A stretch of DNA of 64,000 nucleotides from Macrostomum hystrix (taxonomy: Eukaryota; Animalia; Platyhelminthes). The notes beneath the pieces were generated by a model. The model was given only the letters and a program-made list of their open reading frames with translations, was not told the origin of the DNA and ran no database searches. A program made the translations under genes and the position numbers. Each line of letters starts with the position of its first letter. Position 1 is the first letter of the stretch. This document shows positions 13,501 to 24,503 of this stretch, piece after piece. The stretch lies in assembly GCA_950097015.1 (NCBI GenBank), contig CATNEN010000007.1, positions 10,044,001 through 10,108,000 on the forward strand, given 5' to 3'.

Positions 13501-16500
13501 CCTTGAGCTGTAGCAGCTTCTTCACTTCGACCTGCACCGAGTTCTGATTAACGGTCAAGAATGTCAATAAACGATAGTTTGCGAATTTATATAAAGCCTA
13601 GAAATGTACGCCGATGTGCGCAGCATGAGTTAATGGCCCAGTCTCACATTGTCAGCCTTGGCAGCCTTCAAATCGCGCACTCGATTACCCTGCTCTTCAA
13701 TCTGCCGCAGCAGGTTGAGCCCACCAGCGTCTGAGGTGCCGCCATTGCCGACTGCCACGTTCGGAGGCGTCGAGGCTTTGGCCCCCCTGGCAGCCGATGC
13801 CTTCGAGGAGCTACCACCGCTGCTTCCCTTGACCGAAGTCGCAGCCGCTGATGTGACTATATGATTGACTTCCTTGTGCCGCGAGCCGGACTTCGGCATC
13901 TCTTTTTGATGACCGTCGGGCACAGCGATGAGGTAGCACGGCATGTTGGCGCCAGAGTGCGGACTCTGGCCGGCTGGCGAGTCGCAGATGAAGAAGCCGC
14001 GCCGCTGCAGCTGGATGATGTCGCCCTTGCGAAGGCTGGCCAGCCCGGCATCGCCCAGCATCAGCTCCTGCCGCTTGGAGTTGCGGTTCACAAACTGGCG
14101 GAAGTCCTCATCCTTGCCAACTAGCGGCTTGCTAATGATGTGATCGTAGTGAACGCACACGGCCTGCGCCAGATTGTCTGGCTGCTTGGACAGCCACGTG
14201 ACCTTCTGCGTCTTCTTGTAGTCGGTGTTGTCCAGCCGCAGCTCGGCCTCCACCTCGGTGACTCGGCCGTCGGCGCCGCGGATCAGTCGAGAGACAGACA
14301 AGTTGCCCCAGTTGATGAAGGTGACCAGCTCGCCTTCGCGCAGTGTCTCAGCGTCGGCGCCTTCAATAAGAAGCTCGCGCCAGTGCCAGAGGGTCTTGGT
14401 GCCGACGTCCGGGTTTTTCTGGTGCAGCGCAACCTGCAGGAGAACGAATGATATGAAAAAGCGAGCTGGGTAAGTTTTAAATGTTGAGAAGTCACCGACT
14501 CACCTCAGAGCTGTAGGGCTCAGCCCGGTCAAAGTTAGTCACGCGGACCAGCACGGCGTCCCGCTTCAGCAGCGCTGTGTACCTCGGCGCCACCGGATCG
14601 ATGACCTTCTTATTGAATGCCCAGATCTTGTCCCACTCCATCGTAGCGTTGGACTTGGCGAAGCCCTGCGCCAGTATGAACTGGCGAAGGCCCTCCAGAG
14701 TCATGCCGCGCCTCAGAATGCCTCTGACGGTGGGAAATCGCGGATCGTCCCAGCCGTCAACCAGGCCTTCATTAACAAACCAGGTTAGCTTGCGCTTGCT
14801 CAGCACCGTGTTTTGCAGGGCCAACCGGCTGAACTCCTCCAGTAAAGGCCGGCGCAAGCCTTCGAGTAGGTTATTATTGCGGAAGCACATGTTACAGATC
14901 ACCTACTGATAGTAACCCGTGTCAGATAAGGGCAGTGCAATCAGGGACTCACCAAGCGCATCAATAAACCAATTGTACTGAGCGTCGCGATCCTTGTACT
15001 CGAGAGTGCGCAGAGCGTGGGTCACGCCTTCGAGAGAGTCAACAATCGGGCAGGCGAAGTCGTAGGTTGGATAAACTCTAAACGGGAAAGTGGCGAGGTC
15101 ATTGCTAATAACGAGCACACCGATGCGGCATGGCATCATCGAATTAAGCAAACGCAACTCACTTGTACTTGCGACCTGTGCGCAGGTGCGGCTCGTCCTT
15201 GCACCTGTATATGGTGGGATCTCGCATGCAGCCATTGTCCGACTGCATGTCAATTTTGGCGCGCACGCAGCAGCGGCAGCCCAGCTGAGTGCCGGCTTTC
15301 ATCTCCTCCCACAGGCGAATGTTCTGCTCCACGGCTGCTCGCGAGTTGATGGGAGGTTGAGAAGTGAGAAGGCAGTGGAACTCGGTGCACGCAAGCAAAT
15401 CTACTCACAATTATTTCTATTCCGCGACACGACGCGCTTCTCCCGCTCGGCCTTCATGGTGTCGGGGTCCGTGTCGTCCACGAACGCTTTGCCTTCGCGC
15501 AGCATTCGCTCGCACAGCTGCAGCATGTGATCGAAGTGGTCCGAGGTGTGTGAGAAATGATCGTAGGTGATGCCCAGAGCGGCCACGTCCTCCAGGATGA
15601 CCTTGGCAAGGTAGTAATCAGTAAACAATGGATAGTATAGTTATGCTTTCATGTACATACGAGTATACACCAAGCGATTTCATGGACATCCGAGAATAAC
15701 TTGCTTTATTATAATCAGTCTCATCAGAAACCTCTAGAGTGGAAAGCTGAGCTACGTACATTAATCATCCGCAATTACCTGCTCAAACTCAGCAGTCTCT
15801 TTGGCCGGATTAGTGTCATCAAATCGCATGATGAGTCGGCCGCCGCAGCTGTTCCGATAATGCTGGTTTAAAAGCGCGGCTTTAGCATGGCCGATGTGCA
15901 GGTAGCCGCTGGCCTCTGGTGGGAATCTGACCACGACCTCGCCGTGCACGGCGCCGGCCAGTTCGCGGAATTTGCCGCCCTCCTCGAATTTTAACCCGCT
16001 GCCGCTACTGGTGCCATCGGCTTGCGTCGCCGGCGCCTTCAACGCGCCAACAGCTGCGCCAGCTTCGGCGCTGATGAGCTTGAAGTGGCGCTCGATGGCC
16101 GGCTGAGCAGCTCCGGCCTGCCTGGCCGCCTGCCAGCGCGGACAGCAGCTGAGCTGCGCCCACACGGCCAGGTCGGCCAGGCTGAGCTGGTCGCCAACTA
16201 GGTATGTCGTGTGAGTCAGTGCGGAGGCCAGCAGGTCGGGGCGCTGGCGCAGGTGCAGCAAGGAGTAGCGAACCCAATGGGTGACCTGCAGCTGCTGCTG
16301 GACATCCTGGGCCCGCAGCAGGGAGGCGCCCACCTGGCTGCCGGCCATCTGCTCGTACAGATCCGTGCTGTTTTGTAGAGGATTTGATCGTGGCGAAACT
16401 ATTAGTCATTTCACTTCATGGGTAGTTAATTATGAATGGATTCATATGAGGGGTGAATGGCATAGTGGGCCCCGATCTTGAATCCAAGGTGAGGCCTTTT

Positions 16501-19500
16501 AAATTTTGGGTGCAGTTTTGGAGAGGGACACAGTTGAGTGTGAACTGCCCGATATACATAGTCACAAAACATGTCAATTGTGCACAAGTGTGGTGTGTCT
16601 GAATACCCAGGTACCCATGCTGCAGGCCGTCTGTTGCCAAAAAAGCCTATGGCACCAGTGGAAAACAAAAATAAACATTTTTATCACGAGGTAGACATTG
16701 CATAGGAAATCAGAAACATACTTACATGGTGGCACATGGATCAGGCTTCTTAGCAGGAAGCTTACAATAATTTGTTACAGCTTGCTGAACTAAAAGTAAA
16801 AGTGAAATTTTTATTTACTTTTGTTCTTATCTGGCTATTGTTATCCACAAAATCTGAGACAAAGACCTAACACTTTATATATAATATATTTGATACCTAA
16901 AATTTTTAACAATGAGTCTTACTGATTCCACCTTTTTTGCTTAGCAGGATACACGTGTATATAGACACATACAAAAAAACAAAAAATTACCTGGCTCATT
17001 CAATTAGTTCATACATGCGCAACACCCGGCCGACCCAGCTGAACCGGCTGGATGAAACGAGGGCCAAGCAAGGTAAGTCGCAAAAACCAATTGACCAAGT
17101 TCAAAAAAATCAAAGGGGGACCAAGGGACAAAAAAGGAAGGCGTGAAGAAAAGGAAAAAGGGGAGAGAAAAAGAGAGCAAACTAAGTTGTAAATTTATCA
17201 ATGAAATGAACTAAGTCACAAATGAGAGCACTAAGTCATAAATAGAGCAAAAACTAAGTTGCACGGCCGGCTAAGATTTGGGAGGTTGCGCATGTATGAA
17301 TTAGTTATACAAAATAAGTGTGTAGAGTATATGTTGCTATAGGCTTAATCTGTGGTCATGTGATGTGTTTTTATTTGGTCAGACAGTTAAAAAAATTTAT
17401 GTTGTTGAATTTTGAGATTTGGCTTAAAATGTGGGCAAAATGATGTCTTTTGCATATCCTTACTATCTCAATACATAAACTTGCTTTAGGTGTTTCATTC
17501 ATAACATTCACTATTTAAATAGCTTTTGAACATATAGTTCATAGTATATAGATTATAGAATATATTTCTATTTTACATAGACTAGCTACACAAAATTGAC
17601 TCAAGTTACTACTATAGCCTAAGCCTTAGCTATAGAAACAGAATCTGGCTTGAATTATACCAATAAGTAGCCATATGAAATTTCTAATTGACCATAACAT
17701 TCTGATATAATAATTAAACACACTATAAGGCAATTATATATTTGTAGAGCCATTGTATTTGCACACTTGCTATGCCAATATTACCAATACCTAGATCAGG
17801 CTACAAATTACCTTTGTTAGCTTGGATAGCCAAACTTTAGCTACCTAAGAAACATTGGGCACAATAGAGAATAACAGAAGATGTAATGTGCAATGTACAA
17901 TTTTGCACTGAGCAAAAACCTGAATACAACCAGCACAAAGCTCTTAGATATTAGCCATTCCCCAGGTCTCTGCCTCTTTTGATCTAATTTTACTTGGTGG
18001 TGCCATCAACCATGAGGCCTAATTGGGCCCCAGATATACTAAGTGGACAGCTCAGCTCCCTAAACTGACAGACCCTGAAGGCACCATGGCATTGCACTAT
18101 TCTTGTCTAGCTGGCCTACAACCCACAGCTGGACATTATTTCACTAAAAGAGATATCAATCATGACAGAGACCAAGCCTAGTTAGACTAAGTACCTAGAC
18201 AACTAGATAAAGCCTTGTTTACACATTGGCAGATGGCTAGCCCTAGTATCTGTGAATACCTAGTTCCATAAGCCAACAACCCACGTGAATACCTAGTTCC
18301 ACAAGCCAGCAACCCATGTGAATACCTAGTTCCACAAGCCAACAACCCATGTGAATACCTAGTACCACAAGCCAACAACCCACCTGGTCTCTTTTGCAGG
18401 CTATAAGACTTGGGTGGTAAAAATACAAAAGACAACTAACACAAAAAATAATGTCCTTGTCCATGCTCATGAGTGCCCACATGTCATCCACTTTGACACC
18501 ATGGCATCTTGGATCCTAGTCACTTTGTCATACACTTTTTCATCAAATGACATTTTGCCAAAATATGGTTGCCCTTGGTCACTTTGTCATATACTAATGA
18601 AGGCACTGCCAAACATTAGTCACTTTGTCATCTGCAAATCAGCTCACTCCTCATATTTAGTCACTTCGTCATCTGCCAATCGGCTAGAGCCATAAAGTAA
18701 AATAATGAGACTAAAAAGTAAAGTAAAACAAGCAAAACATTTGAAAACTGTACGTAATTGTGCATTGTCAGATTAGAGCTCGGCGCGTAAATTAACCAGC
18801 ACTGGATCGCTCCACGAGCTTAGTGATGCTGCTGTTGCTGACAGCAACCCTAATATCAGCTCAAACAAATTGATGGGGTAAATGGTCAGCTGCCAGCTCA
18901 AATTGGAGGTCAGTGGGTGCTTTTGGATGCTGAGCTTCGTGGACACAGTTGGCGACATGGACTAGCTTACTCACACCTGGCATCACTGCTGGCTCAAGGT
19001 TTTCCCTGAGGTCCAGGAGCTTTGTTTCTATGATAGCTGCTGCTGATCAAAAGCAGTGGCATTGGGCCTTGTCCTTGGCAGCAGTGACGAGTTGAAGCTT
19101 CACAGCCTTGTTAACGGAAGGTTCACATAAGTGCGCAGCTCTGCCGGCACAAAATCCTTGAACAGGATCCTGAATAGCTGTTACTGGACACTTTAATCTC
19201 GCATTTCTGTGGGTGCATCTCCAGTGCTGTGTACCATTCCTGGTATAATTAAGCCCAAGCACGAACTCTGCACCACCAGTACACTGAATTGAAAGTGCTT
19301 TGCACTTCATTGTCCCCGACTCAATCATCTCAAATTCCTCGGCAGCATCGTCAAACTGTAATTGCTGTGGCTTAGGCCTCTCCATTGACTGCTCTGCAAG
19401 AGGCGGCCAGTCAAAAAAGAGACTCAGGTCTGCGGCATACAGTTCCACCAGCAAATCAATGGCAGGATCAACAGCAGTACCAGCAGGATCACCAGCAGCA

Positions 19501-20506
19501 GTTCGGCAATCAGTACAGAACCAGGTAAATGTCTCAAGGTGCATCAACTGTCTGTACGCCACAAGTGATATACCAGTCCTGCAGAAATGTTGTTGCCAGC
19601 CATTGCATGAATTTGGCCTTTTGGCCCTCTATTCTGGTCACTGACTGTTACTATGTGATCCTACATCTACAGCTTACTAGGCTACCTACAGCTTAATGAT
19701 CTTTACAAGGACTTCACCAACCAACAAAGCAATGACCATGGTGCCACTGTTGTGCTCTGTTAGACCCCACATGAGGTATCAGTTTGCAAATGCTGTTGCG
19801 CGCTTGAGGTGGAGCCGTTTTGAAAGCAGTAATGCTGACATCAGCACTACTATGAGAGCCGCTGCAGAAACAGATCCTAGACACTTCGTCATCTTACAAC
19901 TTTGTCATCCACTTGGAAGGTAGGACACTTCGTCATCCAGCCAATTGGCATGCTTTAAAGTTTGGTCAGTTCGTCATCTACTAATAACAAGCAATCAAGT
20001 TCGTCATCAATAAAGTGAGGGTGGGGTGGTGGGGCAGAGGTGTGAACACACTTCACACTCTAAATTGTCAAAAAGAGGTGTCAAAACTGATTTCATTATA
20101 AGTGTTGAAAGATAGGTGCTAACAAGATGTGAGGAGGGGTGGGGAGTGGTGGTTCTGTTCAAACTTTGAAAACTTTTGTTTTATAGATGACGAAGTGTCC
20201 TCAAGTCTAAGTCTCTTCGTCATCCACCCTTTAAGATATTGGATAGATCGTCATCTGGATGACGAAGTGTCCAGGTACCGCAGAAACAATGCTCCTGCTG
20301 CTGCAACTAGCAGATTAGGCCTAATTGATGCCAGTCTGGCAGAGATTCCTGACAATCAAGCAGGCATAGCGCGGCTCAGACGTTTGAATTTAAATGTTTA
20401 AATAATTTGACAAACAGAACAAAAAATGCCGATTATATATGGAATTGATCATTCATGATTCTAGCACAAGCAGTATATCAGTTTAAATATACTTACGAAC
20501 TTCCAT
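10587..20506 (-). CDS. EARS: Cytosolic glutamyl-tRNA synthetase with GST-like N-terminus and five C-terminal WHEP domains; complement(join(10587..10895,11589..11855,12230..12481,13262..13543,13648..14433,14504..14859,14953..15077,15163..15334,15409..15601,15779..16367,16726..16789,20497..20506)), ~1134 aa
   Basis: [20 protein letters not shown] (HIGH), [37 protein letters not shown] (KMSKS equivalent), [19 protein letters not shown]. The WHEP repeats end ...[13 protein letters not shown]. All exon phases are consistent. The two 5' micro-exons ([13 protein letters not shown]...) are inferred from phase fit and strong GTAAGT donors and are less certain. Confidence 0.92.
10955..11112. repeat. 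Intronic tandem repeat, 40-bp unit, ~3.5 copies
   Basis: GAAGACTGGGGATAGCTGAGGGAGATGGCGGCAGTTGTCT repeated. Confidence 0.85.
11120..11223 (-). ncRNA. Box C/D snoRNA candidate (divergent, longer member)
   Basis: On - strand: ATGATGA (C), CTCACTGTCGCA-CTGA (D'), TGATGT (C'), AATTACTATCCAGGT-CTGA (D). Flanks CGTCAGA/TCTGACG are complementary. Intronic and sense to the host. Confidence 0.7.
11315..11392 (-). ncRNA. Box C/D snoRNA candidate with 18S-complementary guide
   Basis: GTGATGA...CAGTCGCC-CTGA...TGATGT...GCACTCTAATTTTTTT-CTGA, with a partial terminal stem. Confidence 0.8.
11463..11542 (-). ncRNA. Box C/D snoRNA candidate with 18S-complementary guide
   Basis: ATGATGA-ATTCACAGTCGCA-CTGA...GTGATG...GCACTCTAATTTTTTT-CTGA. 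Confidence 0.82.
11988..12067 (-). ncRNA. Box C/D snoRNA candidate with 18S-complementary guide
   Basis: Same C, D', C', D architecture and guide as 11463..11542. Confidence 0.8.
12636..12716 (-). ncRNA. Degenerate box C/D snoRNA paralogue
   Basis: GTGATGA and both CTGA boxes are retained. The D guide has one substitution (CACTCTCATTTTTT) and the D' guide has diverged. Confidence 0.55.
12846..12923 (-). ncRNA. Box C/D snoRNA candidate with 18S-complementary guide
   Basis: ATGATGA...CTGA...TGATGT...GCACTCTAATTTTTTT-CTGA, closed by an 8-bp terminal stem CCAGTGGC/GCCGCTGG (one G-U pair). Confidence 0.85.
13136..13215 (-). ncRNA. Box C/D snoRNA candidate with 18S-complementary guide
   Basis: Core identical to 11463..11542; flanking AGGCCA/TGGCCT stem. 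Confidence 0.85.
17002..17306. mobile_element. MITE-like element in GluRS intron 1
   Basis: Perfect inverted repeat TTCATACATGCGCAAC (17008-17023) / GTTGCGCATGTATGAA (17285-17300) bracketing ~260 bp of non-coding DNA. Confidence 0.6.
18252..18382. repeat. Tandem repeat, 33-bp unit x4
   Basis: GTGAATACCTAGTTCCACAAGCCAACAACCCAT repeated. Confidence 0.85.
18511..19640 (-). mobile_element. Decayed Mutator-like (MULE) transposon remnant
   Basis: Terminus GGATCCTAGTCACTTTGTCAT with subterminal CACTT(C/T)GTCAT repeats. ORF 19047..19562 has a PHD-like end (WFCTDC) and a FLYWCH-like finger ([13 protein letters not shown]...HLC). Confidence 0.5.
19872..20279. mobile_element. ~408-bp MITE with TIRs and 8-bp TSD
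   Basis: TIRs (A)GATCCTAGACACTTCGTCATC / GATGACGAAGTGTCCAGGTACC; TSD GCAGAAAC at 19864-19871 and 20280-20287. A second copy lies at 38382-40130 in the opposite orientation. Confidence 0.9.
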
Positions 20507-21350
20507 TATCTGTAGAAATTAACCTTAAAATTTACACTGGCTTCTGTTTACGCAAGCGAGAAACAAAACTAACAATACACGAGATCAAAGACTTCAAATA
20601 AATTTAGACAATCAAAACGATTGTCTTCTAATTACTTTGCGCGTGAGGCAAGACAAGTGCAAGGTACTGTTTTAAAATTGATTGCAAAAAAATTTCGTCA
20701 TTTTTTAAAACCTATTCATGCACCTAAAATATGATTTTTTACTAACATTGGATATTCAACAATAACTTTTCTTTGATTGCGCGCATTTGATTCTTATTTT
20801 AGCACGTAAAGTTGTTTGTATAGCTAAGCTGAAACAGACAAACAAAAAAAATATTTTAAATAATAACATTTCGACACAAAATTTCAGGTTATTTAAGAAA
20901 CAACCATCCGATCGAGTTCCTGAACTTGATCTAACAATTCGGACTTAGCAAGCTTCATATAATTTAACTTAGTTTGAAAAACTGCTTACCACATTTTTCA
21001 CTTTACACAATATTTGCTTAAAGTCAAAGATATTTAATTATTTCAATCAGTATCGGTCTTTGGTATCGCCTGTATCAAATATCTTGGACCCCTGTGCATT
21101 AGGACAAATGTTATCATAGCATTATACTGCGCTTTTTACTAGGCCTATGTCTACGTTATATAATCAACTCAAACAAAAATGAGTAGAACATGAACTAACT
21201 AGCATATCTCTTAGCATTTTTCTTATTTTATTTTTTAGAAGCATACAAAAATATTAGGCCCTAAGTTTGTATTGTAGCTATGACTTATGTCATGCTTCTT
21301 GAACATTAATCCTATAAAATAGGTCTAGTTCCAGTTTTAGTTGGCTAATA

Positions 21351-24300
21351 CAGCAGCGTACCTAGGATTTTGGTTTGGGGGGGATATGGAAGGACAAAAA
21401 AGTAAAAAGGAAGTTAAACCAGTTAGCACTTAGCATACTGAATAAGCTGTCAACAAAAAGTGTTTCACTAGGCCTACTTTTACTTTTGTTTTATTGTATA
21501 CGGTAATACCTAATTAGCTAATTCCAAATTGTGCGACATGTAAATTATAGCAAGTTTGTGGGAATAACGCCCGCACAGTATTACGCAGTGCGAAAATTGC
21601 ACAAACGCACTACAATGTCTAAAAGTGGGACACAATATACATGTAAATGTAGTGCAGGTTAAAGATCTGACTCGACTTGCTCACTGTATTGAGGAGGCCA
21701 CGTGCAAAGCAGCAAATGTATAGTTGACCCACAGAATACGAGCGATCAAGAGGAGCAGAGCACTGTACTGCATGCGATGAAAATTTACATTGGCAAAAGT
21801 ACTTGATTTCATTGTTACAGTAAAAAGTATGTAATTAACGGATCTTAAAATGCATATACAGTTAAGCATGAAGAGGGTATAATGATGTTTAATAATGAAG
21901 AAAAACTATTCGACTCATCCAACCTAATTGTTACAAATCAATGTAATGTCAGCCAGTAGAGATTGACAAACTGCTGAAATGGATGCACATATGGAAACTA
22001 AACTTTAGCAGCAAAATATAGCCATCTGCATGTCCATCTTGACATTTGCAGCATGCACATGTATTGTACATATTGCAAACTATAAAGAATTAACAGCGAA
22101 TGAATGCTGCACAAGTTTGCATATTCGCATGAAGAGGGCCCTCCCCATACAAAGGGTTCCACCATAGCGCCTACAAGATATACATGGACTAACTTACATA
22201 ATATGCAAAGGAAAAACGGATGATGCATGTAAATGAACAACCACTGTGACACTTTTGTTATAGAAGTCAAATGCGTTTATATAAGTCGCAAGCGCCTGTC
22301 CTTCATGGCAAAAAGCCTGATCGTCTCATCAATGTCAATGTCCAAGGTCTTGTAAATCGACATTAAAGCCAATCCAGCAAGACGCTCCTCCCCTGTGGTC
22401 GCTCTCATATAGTTCTTTAGGTATTTCATCGTTGAAAAGGAGCGCTCGGCTGTGGCTGTTGAAACTGGCAATGTCGCGAAAATCTGCAGTGCCACATAAA
22501 TATTAGGAAAAAAGGCCTGCTTGCAACTGTCCAGTGCTTCAATTACACTATGTGGGCACTCAGCGATGCTCTTTGACCCCCAGAGGTGCTGCCAGGTGGC
22601 AAACTCATGCCGGAGGTCATTGATGGAAGTAGCTGGTAGTATTCGATGCTGTTGGTAGCATTCGAGAGGCACAGAAACGTCGTCAAACTGAATAGTGTCG
22701 GTGTTGCAGCTAAAAAATGGCAACAAGTTGCTAAGCTTAGCAATTGCCCGTGTTTGCTCATTGAATCACTCATCCAACGTTCTGATGAAACCAAGCACAA
22801 ATGGGCGGAAGACAGTTTCTTCGAAGTGCTTGATGACCTGTTCATCTGACAATGTTCTGCTTTCATGCGGTAGCGGAGCATTGCAGGCAAGAGGTAGCTG
22901 GTCTATTTCCAGCGATCCACGCAGTTCCTTTGCCTCTGAGCAGATGCCTGCAGAGCTGACTGCTCGTCCAGCTGACTCACTGCTGCCCTCTTCAGCAATC
23001 CAACTGTGGAAGATTTTCTTGACACACGCGATCTGCAGTGAATGTTTAAAATGTGTTCTCTAAATATGCATTGCAGAAATTATAGACATATGGGATCAAT
23101 TACAGTATACTGTAAGTTGTGTGTCTAAGGCACCGCTGTTGTTTGTTGCATTCATATATCTTAGGCATATTGTAGGAGTATGTGATTATTTGTAGTGTTA
23201 GTATTCATGTATATATGTATTTTTTTCGACTGCACATGTAAACTTGCCTGCATCCAACAGTCAGTCAAGGAAATTGAGCTTTGCTGTAGGCTCGCAGCAA
23301 CTGGAGCAGTCGCAATAAAGACGTGCTTCAGCATTGTCATGCAGATAACAAACTCGGAGCGTGAAATGGCCGCCAGAAACGATGTTGCTCTGGCACGTGT
23401 TTCCGCATCCTCTATCGTGGTCGTGGACAGTTCTTTCAATGCGACAGCAGTGGTGGGGTACAGTTCCGCAAATCGTTGACCAGCATCAAGATGCTCCATC
23501 CAGCTAGTATCAATCAGCTTCTGTAAGAAACGTTGTAAGCAACGTATTAATACATGTAAATATATACAAGCGTACGTATGTGCATATATATTTTTTTGCA
23601 GTGCCGTATCACAATTTCGAAACATTTTTTATTAACTTTTATCCTTGACACAACACAGATTCTTACATTACAATTCCAGTTAGCTAACCCCTATATGTAC
23701 AACAATTTTGTGATTAATACTAAATGTTGCAAACTTACCAAAAGTGTTTGCTTCCGTGCATCAGGAAAAATTGCAAGAACTGCTTGTTTATAGTGCTCTG
23801 TTCGCTTAGCCGATGCTCGAAAGAAGTTTGCGATTGAGCCCATTACGGCAAATGAGCTCTGTACAGCCGGAATCCTTGATGCATGGGTAATGGCCAAGTT
23901 GAGCCCATGGGACAGGCAGGGAAAGAAGTCTGCAACCGCAAACTGCTGACCAAACTGCGTGCGAATTATGTTTTGTACCCCTCGATTTGCTCCTGACATG
24001 TTAGGAGCTCCGTCATATGCTTGGCCAATGACAGCTGCCTTGAGACCAGCATTCTGCAGGAAGGTTGCAAGTGCTTCTGCAACAGCTGCACCTGTTGTCT
24101 GGCTCACCACAACAAATCCCAGAAATGACTCTTTGATTTTATGTTCACTTGAAGAGCCGATGCCTTTGCAAACGTACCGAAGGGAGATGGACAACTGCTC
24201 TTGTCGAGATATGTCCATTGTCTCATCAGCCATCACAGTAACAACTCCGGCATTGTTTGCCTCAGTGACAACATGTTGCTGGATCTGCTGTCCGATGCAA

Positions 24301-24503
24301 GCAATCAGCCGATTTTGAACCCGTGGGCTGACGTAAGTAGCACCTCGATGCTTTGGGTTGGTAAGATGTGCAGCTAACTCGTTGTCGCCTGATGCAGCCT
24401 TAAACTGCAGCAGAGCGCAAAAGTTGCCTTCAGTGCAGTCTATCACAGAGTCAGATGATGGGCAAACTAGCGGTTTCTCTTTGTTTGGCCGGGTGTTGCA
24501 CAT
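21351..24503 (-). mobile_element. Decayed intron-containing hAT transposon (Tip100/ZMYM1/THAP12-like transposase pseudogene)
   Basis: VMADETMDISRQEQLSISLRYV, GQAYDGAPNMSG, CxxH (CLSHGLNL) and the dimerisation motif LPVSTATAERSFSTMKYLKNYMR. The conserved TRW is eroded to TSW and there is an in-frame TGA at 22766-22768. TIR-like CAGCAGCGTACCTAGGATTTT at 21351; the other end was not found. Confidence 0.85.

Noticed and set aside
15618-15727. Another possible C/D snoRNA (TGATGA...CTGA on the - strand) in a GluRS intron
   Set aside because: The CTGA lies ~16 nt from the 3' splice site and fits a branch point (ACTGAT); no terminal stem or recognisable guide.
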